Shown here: positions 58,062 to 64,000 of the stretch, one piece after another
Layout: every line of letters starts with the position of its first letter
Numbering within the stretch: the first letter of the stretch is position 1
Assembly (NCBI GenBank): GCA_050294405.1
Contig: JBNKOC010000019.1
Coordinates: 1 to 64,000 of the forward strand
DNA from: Fibrobacteria bacterium
Lineage (GTDB): Bacteria; Fibrobacterota; Fibrobacteria; UBA11236; JADFYW01
Direction: 5' to 3'
DNA length: 64,000 bases
Position numbers and translations under genes: made by a program
Notes under the pieces: model-generated
What the model was told of the DNA's origin: nothing
What the model saw: the letters and a program-made list of their open reading frames with translations, nothing else
Databases searched by the model: none

Positions 58062-58859
58062 ATGTTATATAAATCGGGTATGTTAGTTGCCATGTTACTG
58101 GTTGGTGTTCTTTCTGCGGAAGAAACGGCCCCTGCGGATACTACCGCTGAAGTTGAAAATATTAAGCCCACTCCTCCCCCTGTTCAGGAAGAAGTTGCTC
58201 CTCCGAAAGCCAATTTGGATTCCAAAAAAGTGAAAATTATGGAAGACAAAATCAATTATATGGAATCTCACAAATTAAAGGAACTGGAAGCCCGAATTCA
58301 CAATTTGGAAAAGCCCAAGAAGAAACCCACTTCTCAAAAAGATTTGACCCCTTTGGCAAAAGGCAACAAAACTTATTGGGGCATTGGTCAAGGTGTGGGA
58401 ATTGCCACAGGCTCGGTGCACCACAACGCCAGTATTGGTGTGGAAGTACATCTGTTCAAGGTGATGTTGCCTCAATTTGAAAGACCCATGACCCACCCCG
58501 GAGCTTTGGGCATTGCCGTGGGAGTGGACAGCTGGTTTAACACAGGAATTGGAGACAATGAGAACTTTGGATACTCTCCTTACTTAAAAATTACAGGAAA
58601 CTCTCTGGTTTTTGAAAATTACATAAGGGTTTATGGCTCTTTAGAACCAGTGCTGGTATTCGGTTACGCCACTTCCAATCAAGATACCGAGGATTTTCAC
58701 TTTGGTTTCCGTGGGCTTTTTGGAGCCGAATTTTTCGCTTCCAAAAATTACAACTTCTTTGCAGAGGTGGGAGTTATGAAAACCAATAGTGTGGACGGCA
58801 CCACCGAAGATACGGGCCTCACTCCGGTAATTAAAGCAGGTCCTCGTTTCTGGTTTTAA
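58062..58859 (+). CDS. Hypothetical outer-membrane protein (N-terminal Pro-rich/coiled-coil segment plus small beta-barrel)
   Basis: GGAGG RBS, signal peptide, ends AGPRFWF. Confidence 0.7.
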   Translation: MLYKSGMLVAMLLVGVLSAEETAPADTTAEVENIKPTPPPVQEEVAPPKANLDSKKVKIMEDKINYMESHKLKELEARIHNLEKPKKKPTSQKDLTPLAKGNKTYWGIGQGVGIATGSVHHNASIGVEVHLFKVMLPQFERPMTHPGALGIAVGVDSWFNTGIGDNENFGYSPYLKITGNSLVFENYIRVYGSLEPVLVFGYATSNQDTEDFHFGFRGLFGAEFFASKNYNFFAEVGVMKTNSVDGTTEDTGLTPVIKAGPRFWF

Positions 58860-58986
58860 AAAATAAATAGAATTTGTGACGGTTATTTTGAGGATGAGTG
58901 CAACGCCCCGCCTTTGGGCCCCGAACCGCTTTAGCGGGATGGGGAACTAGGAACTATTAAGTTGTGAGGGAAATGCAGGAGGTCCT

Positions 58987-59385
58987 TTAAGCGATTTGCT
59001 TATACACAATGCTGTCTCTCTGAGGCGGCATTATTTTTTTCAAGTAATCCAAAATTTTTTTAAAACCATAGGGCTCATCGGGAATCCAGTTGTCCGTTTG
59101 ATGCTGCACACAATTCCATTTGGAAGTTTTGTTTGTGGACAAAGCTGGCCCTGTGAGAATAATGTAAGAATTGGGACTTTCCTCTTTAAAGGCCACCAGG
59201 TTATCTAAAGTTTCATTTAGAGATAAGTCCAGTTCAGCAATTATAACTGGATATTGAAAGCTTCTGAGTTTGACAAAGGCATCGTGAGCGGTAAAAGCGT
59301 GTTCCACTTCAAAACCCTCTCGCTGTAGCAACCCCGCATAAAAGGAGGCCGAATTTAATTTTCCATCATAAATTAAAATTTTCAT
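58987..59385 (-). CDS. Atypical stand-alone response-regulator receiver domain
   Basis: MKILIYD...LQREGFEV...A.DA...VIIAEL...IILTG receiver pattern with substituted catalytic residues. Confidence 0.7.
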   Translation of the reverse strand: MKILIYDGKLNSASFYAGLLQREGFEVEHAFTAHDAFVKLRSFQYPVIIAELDLSLNETLDNLVAFKEESPNSYIILTGPALSTNKTSKWNCVQHQTDNWIPDEPYGFKKILDYLKKIMPPQRDSIVYKQIA

Positions 59386-59510
59386 AATATCCCACTTGGC
59401 ACTTATTCTTCATATCGACCCATGGAAGATTAATCTTTACCTTTTTTTCTGATGGCAGAGGATTCCCCTATTTTGGCTTTAATTTGGTATAATATTGTGT
59501 TCAGGTAATT

Positions 59511-60095
59511 ATGGTAAAAAACAAAAAAGCTAAATTTTCTCTCATATTCGTTAGTATTCTCGTTTTAATTGGCGCAGCCAAAGGGGAAACCGTAATTGTG
59601 CCTGAGGATAGCACGAAAACGGAAATTCATTCCATTATGACGCTTCGGGTGTCCCTACTTTCCGCATTGCAAAAATACAGCATGATAAGCGGCTCCCTAA
59701 CCGCCTTAAAGCCTTTTGAATTTGGAGCCGGAGTTTTTAATGACAACCTCAATGGCTATTTTGCCAATGCGGGATACGTTCTACCCTGGAGCGGAGATAA
59801 CTATGCCAGCAGCCAGGGAATGCTTCGCGAAGTGTTTGTGGTTTTAGGTTATCGCTGGGAAGAACCTCGCCGCGGCACTTCTTTTGGAGAACGATTTGCC
59901 GATGAAAATGGAAAAATTCCTAATGTAATCCACTCACTAACAGCCGAGTTGGGTTTAGACGCCACAGAATGGCTCACTTTAAAATTTGGAGCCGCCCTTC
60001 GAATATCTCTGGGAGTTCAGTATTTAATTAATAAATGGTCTGGTTCCCCGGATATAGCTCCTTTGCTCGATCTTTCCTTAGGAGTAGCCCTTTAA
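59511..60095 (+). CDS. Hypothetical exported protein
   Basis: Signal peptide; beta-rich C-terminus. Confidence 0.55.
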   Translation: MVKNKKAKFSLIFVSILVLIGAAKGETVIVPEDSTKTEIHSIMTLRVSLLSALQKYSMISGSLTALKPFEFGAGVFNDNLNGYFANAGYVLPWSGDNYASSQGMLREVFVVLGYRWEEPRRGTSFGERFADENGKIPNVIHSLTAELGLDATEWLTLKFGAALRISLGVQYLINKWSGSPDIAPLLDLSLGVAL

Positions 60096-60709
60096 TTCTG
60101 GCTTTCCAGAGCAAAAGAATCTCCAAAGGCCGTTCGATTTCGGGGATGGACAGTAAAACCATAGATTTTTTCCGTTCCCCTGAAGTTCCAAACTATTTTC
60201 AATTCAATAAGCGATACCAATTTACATTCATTAACATCCAGCTTTCCGTTTCCATTCAAATCCATTTCGTCAAATTCCAGAAGGTAATCCCCATCTTTTT
60301 CATAATAGTTGAGCAGGGAGTTTTTATTTCCCTCAGAAAAAAAATCCACAGGCTCGGCCAAGGGAGTATATGGCCTGATGTTTATTTGGGCAATTGAAAA
60401 CAGAAGGCTATCCTCATTGATGCGCAATATGCTGTCTTCCAGAAACAGTCTTTTTCTAATTCCGCTTTGATTTTCCCAGCTTATACTGTTTTCTTCCATT
60501 TCATATATGCCTTTTCCAACAATAAGGGATTGGCTTAGGCCTTCTAAAAAACGGGAAATATTAAATTGTTCCTGTTTTTTGGCCTGCCTGTGAAACATGG
60601 AGCTTTGGGAAGATAAAAACATCTGGTAAGCCAGGGCCATAACAATTCCCGATAGAGCCAAAGCTACCATTAACTCGATTACTGTAAAGCCATTTTTCTT
60701 TAATACCAT
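60092..60709 (-). CDS. Minor (pseudo)pilin, PilW/GspJ-like
   Basis: Class III signal KKNG|FTVIELMVALAL. Confidence 0.88.
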   Translation of the reverse strand: MVLKKNGFTVIELMVALALSGIVMALAYQMFLSSQSSMFHRQAKKQEQFNISRFLEGLSQSLIVGKGIYEMEENSISWENQSGIRKRLFLEDSILRINEDSLLFSIAQINIRPYTPLAEPVDFFSEGNKNSLLNYYEKDGDYLLEFDEMDLNGNGKLDVNECKLVSLIELKIVWNFRGTEKIYGFTVHPRNRTAFGDSFALESQN

Positions 60710-61155
60710 TGGTAACCGGGCTTTTTAAGAATTAATTGTGCTAATGGCTGAGGGTCTGTTTTTTCTAGCCTATCTTCCATAGGTTCCCATACCTGAATAC
60801 GAATTTCTATGGGAAAATGTTTTAAAGAATTTTCGGAAAGGGGATTGAGCCCACCCCAATTCTCATTAAAAACAGAGTCCGCCCTGGCTACTTGCCGCCT
60901 GACTTCAAATGGCCCCTGGCTTTCACTTTCCCATTGATAGATGCTATCGCCAATAGTTTCGGGGGAAAGGACTCTGGCCCGTTCCATTTCTGAAAAGGCC
61001 AATTGCACCGCCGCCTGCCTTTTAAGTTCTGTAAAATCGTTGCGGGTCAACTCCCGAAGCCCATACCAATACCCCCCCATTCCAATACTTAATACTAACA
61101 AAGCCACCAGCACTTCGATAATACTCACACCTTTTTGAAAATGAATTTTTTTCAT
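60700..61155 (-). CDS. Minor (pseudo)pilin, PilV/GspI-like
   Basis: MKKIHFQKG|VSIIEVLVALLV; ATG at 61155 overlaps the upstream stop (TAATG). Confidence 0.88.
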   Translation of the reverse strand: MKKIHFQKGVSIIEVLVALLVLSIGMGGYWYGLRELTRNDFTELKRQAAVQLAFSEMERARVLSPETIGDSIYQWESESQGPFEVRRQVARADSVFNENWGGLNPLSENSLKHFPIEIRIQVWEPMEDRLEKTDPQPLAQLILKKPGYQWY

Positions 61156-62585
61156 TATTCCATTTTCCAGCTGATGATTTTGTATTGAAAGGATTCCATA
61201 TCCCCCCCACCAAAAGCCATGGGGAGGGCTATTTCCTGAGTTAATTGAAAACGGGATATTTTTCCGTCTCCCAGGCAATTTTCTTTTTCGTTCTCGCTAC
61301 ATCGTAGTTGGGAGGTTATAACTAACCCATGCAGTTCTCCGGCTATTTCCATTTGTCCATTTGATAAGAAATAGCCTTCATTAATAGCCTCACTGTTGTT
61401 CAGTTCTATTTTCCCATGGTTTCCTGCAGCTATCACCAGTCCCCTTAGAACAACTTCTTCTTTGGCATATATGCCAAATTCATTGGGAAGCTTAACTTCT
61501 CCTGGCACCTTCTCCCCCAGCTTATTTAAGCCCGTTTCTTTTCCGCTGCTTATGATAACCGCTTCCATTGTGGAATTGGCTTCTTCTTCAAAATAGATAC
61601 TCTTCTCAGAAAATAGCGTCCCTGCGATATGGCTTTTTCCGGCAATATACATATTGCCTTCCGAATATATAGTCCCTTCTATTAATTGGAGTTCATCATT
61701 TGCCTGGACAGTTCTTCCAGCCACAACATTTAATCCCTTTATGCGAACGCAGCCTTTTATATATACATCGCCATTTGCAAAAATACTGCCTTCCGCTTCA
61801 ATTTCCCAACAATCCGATTGGTAATTTTCAAAACTAACATCACCAAGGGGAAAAGATATGCTTTCCTTATTTTCAAATGCGGGAGGATTAGAGGGCGAAA
61901 AATAACCATTGCCAATTTCCCCATGTTCTGAACTTAATTGCACTTGAAGCTCATTGTGATAGTATTGGTTTAAATTGGAAACAAATTCCCCGGTGAGCGA
62001 AGCCAGACTCCATTTGCTGTCCAATTTACGAAAGTTCATTATTCCCACGGCTGGTGGAACCTTGGTATATATATTTCCTTCCACCTGGTCTGGAAACAAA
62101 TCCATTAGAGCTTCCTGCCCGGTTAAAATTAGGGCTGCCCTCAACAAACTGTCTGAAAGGGTTTTCCCAAACACCGCTTCAATATTTGCAGACTCAGATT
62201 TAAATTTTCCTTTGGAATGGATGGTGAGAAAATTCTCGTCTTCTTCTATTTCAATTTCAGCGATATCCAATTCAGGATTGAGTATAAATGGATAGGCTTT
62301 TATTTCAACAGAAGAGCTATCCTCCTCGCCCAATTCCAATATATCAGACTCTGAACTTTGGGAACTGTCTCCATATTTATATTGGTATAGAGCATCTGCA
62401 ATTCCCGACTCTGCAATATACATGGCCGATTTTTTATGCAAATCCTTAAAACCGTATTTTTGAGATTGAACGCTGAATTGGAAAGCTATTAATATTCCAA
62501 TGGCACTTACAGTAATTACTCCCAAAACAGGAACCAGGGCCGACCCTCGTTGGGATTTGCTAAAGGAAGAAATCCTAATCTTCAC
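61155..62585 (-). CDS. PilX/GspK-like protein with C-terminal beta-solenoid-like repeats
   Basis: SQRG|SALVPVL (no Glu5), AMYIAESGIADA, repeated GxIYxxG units. Start uncertain (GTG at 62585 versus ATG at 62609). Confidence 0.8.
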   Translation of the reverse strand: MKIRISSFSKSQRGSALVPVLGVITVSAIGILIAFQFSVQSQKYGFKDLHKKSAMYIAESGIADALYQYKYGDSSQSSESDILELGEEDSSSVEIKAYPFILNPELDIAEIEIEEDENFLTIHSKGKFKSESANIEAVFGKTLSDSLLRAALILTGQEALMDLFPDQVEGNIYTKVPPAVGIMNFRKLDSKWSLASLTGEFVSNLNQYYHNELQVQLSSEHGEIGNGYFSPSNPPAFENKESISFPLGDVSFENYQSDCWEIEAEGSIFANGDVYIKGCVRIKGLNVVAGRTVQANDELQLIEGTIYSEGNMYIAGKSHIAGTLFSEKSIYFEEEANSTMEAVIISSGKETGLNKLGEKVPGEVKLPNEFGIYAKEEVVLRGLVIAAGNHGKIELNNSEAINEGYFLSNGQMEIAGELHGLVITSQLRCSENEKENCLGDGKISRFQLTQEIALPMAFGGGDMESFQYKIISWKME

Positions 62586-63036
62586 CCAATTCAACTTTAA
62601 AGCTACCATATTTATCCTGAAGAAGGATAAAAGAATCCCCCATTTTTATCAGCTTAACAGAGTCAAATTTTTCTCCCAGCTCCGCAACAACGGTTTGCCC
62701 GTTCGGTAGCTCAATTATGGCGCTTTTGGCTCCACTGATTCCCTTCAGCCTGAAGATGCCCCTGTTAATAGGCGTAGGATTTTTTTGGGCTGCCCCTTTA
62801 TCCTTCCCTGAATTAATTTTCGCAGTACGAAAAGGATTTATTTCCTCAAATGATTTATTGGAAAAACTTTGTATGCTATCGGCATTTGCTTTAATATTTT
62901 CCAGGGAATCGGGAATTTCAAAAAAATGGTTCTGCCCCGAAGTAACGCTATCGCCATCAGTGATCGAAGGCATGTTATAGATATAAAGAGCCAGGCAAAT
63001 AAATAACAGGAACAATAAGGGTCCCAGGTTTTTCAT
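62575..63036 (-). CDS. PilP/GspC-like assembly protein
   Basis: N-terminal TM, INPF and FRLKGI...AII...G motifs; operon position. Confidence 0.65.
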   Translation of the reverse strand: MKNLGPLLFLLFICLALYIYNMPSITDGDSVTSGQNHFFEIPDSLENIKANADSIQSFSNKSFEEINPFRTAKINSGKDKGAAQKNPTPINRGIFRLKGISGAKSAIIELPNGQTVVAELGEKFDSVKLIKMGDSFILLQDKYGSFKVELGED

Positions 63037-63572
63037 GAGCCAGCCTTAGTGAAAGGTTCTATAAACGCTATAGCCGTTAAAGAAAAATGCAGTAGGTCTT
63101 TTTGTTTGCGAATGTTAATTCCCGACAATTTCATAAAAGAAAATTCATTTTCAAGTTTTACCAAAATGTTTAATAAGCTTTCATAATCACTTTCTCCCGA
63201 AAGTTGGAATTGAAGCCTTTGCAGGCGGCCCATAGCTTCAAGATTAAAGTTAAATTTTTTAAGCTCAGCGCCCTCATCCAATAACATTTGACGGAAGGAT
63301 TGGGACAGGGAATCCTCCCCCACATTGCGAATGATGTTTTTTACTATTAATCCATTAATGTTTTCTAATTGCAGGGCGTTTTTATGTTGCGCAAGCTGAA
63401 TAGAGTCTAAAAGTCTTTCACTATAGGGCATAGACTCTTTGCGACTTATTTCCAGAAAAAGCGTCTGGTTATGGGCTTTTAAAGGCCTTAATACTAAAGC
63501 CACGTAGAAAAATATGATGATAGCGGGAACCACCCAAACCCATAATTTTATATTGGCCATCATTACATTCAA
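63033..63572 (-). CDS. PilO/GspM-like assembly protein
   Basis: N-terminal TM, SDYESLLNILVKLE pattern; operon position. Confidence 0.65.
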   Translation of the reverse strand: MNVMMANIKLWVWVVPAIIIFFYVALVLRPLKAHNQTLFLEISRKESMPYSERLLDSIQLAQHKNALQLENINGLIVKNIIRNVGEDSLSQSFRQMLLDEGAELKKFNFNLEAMGRLQRLQFQLSGESDYESLLNILVKLENEFSFMKLSGINIRKQKDLLHFSLTAIAFIEPFTKAGS

Positions 63573-63574
63573 TC

Positions 63575-64000
63575 CTAAAGAAGATAGCCTTTCAGCGTCC
63601 CTCGCGCATTAAATTGAACCCTGTTTCGTTTTTCTATTTTTTTTTGATCCGATATGGATACATCCATCACCCAGGGGGATTTTTCCAACAAAGCTTTAAA
63701 ATCGGCCACAGAGTTCCAGTCTTTGACCTCAGCCTCAAAATGGAATTCCATTTTAAAGTTTTCTTTCTTTTTTAAAATTATCCCGGAGATTTCACCATCT
63801 AAAGGTAAGGATAACCCCAGTTGCTTAAAAAAGTGGCTCGTAGGGAAACTTTCCATAGCTATGCCACTATATGTATCTAGCAACCTTGCCTTCTTTTTAT
63901 TTTCCTTTGAGATTGCTTCGATTTGAGATAACCTGGTTTTAAATGCTTCGCCTATTTCATTGAGCTTAGCGAGTTTTTTCTCCTGGCTAATTTGAGAGTA
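63575..64000 (-). CDS. PilN/GspL-like assembly protein (5' end outside the window)
   Basis: Frame stays open from 63883 to the window edge; LSLPLD...FKALLEKSPWVMDV...VQF pattern. Confidence 0.7.
   Translation of the reverse strand, partial: YSQISQEKKLAKLNEIGEAFKTRLSQIEAISKENKKKARLLDTYSGIAMESFPTSHFFKQLGLSLPLDGEISGIILKKKENFKMEFHFEAEVKDWNSVADFKALLEKSPWVMDVSISDQKKIEKRNRVQFNARGTLKGYLL

Noticed and set aside
61156..61278. Track start of the PilV-like ORF at 61278
   Set aside because: It lies inside the upstream gene; ATG at 61155 gives a proper short prepilin leader.

Overview
An AT-rich, gene-dense 64-kb stretch of bacterial core chromosome with about 55 CDSs. I saw no rRNA, tRNA, CRISPR array, transposase or phage genes. 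PorV-like and T9SS-CTD-bearing proteins, PEGA/STAS proteins and many outer-membrane proteins suggest an FCB-group organism, possibly Fibrobacterota (inference). Recognisable genes: hemJ, a TetR/LolA-like/OMP/MMPL cassette, gluQ, ung, an nqrM-like gene, an ApaH-like phosphoesterase, a MoxR-type ATPase, EVE, CBS, cutA, an alpha-2-macroglobulin-like gene, yceI, glycosyltransferases, an acyl-CoA dehydrogenase, a Wzi-like gene, a PLP aminotransferase, queG, an amidohydrolase, folB, and a type IV pilus/T2SS-like cluster at the right edge. The best candidate for an undescribed system is a tightly coupled operon at 55024-57906: yhhQ-like transporter, HAD/NUDIX fusion, folB, pteridine-reductase SDR. 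The fusion may perform both dephosphorylation steps from dihydroneopterin triphosphate to dihydroneopterin. Other notable items: a sensor with two tandem His-box domains and no ATPase domain, a STAS-TM-3xPEGA protein with a probable ATT start, an RnfD/UnbU-like-Sel1 fusion, a 141-bp palindromic MITE/RPE-like element and a probable CTG start. All family calls come from motif recognition by eye; no database searches were run.
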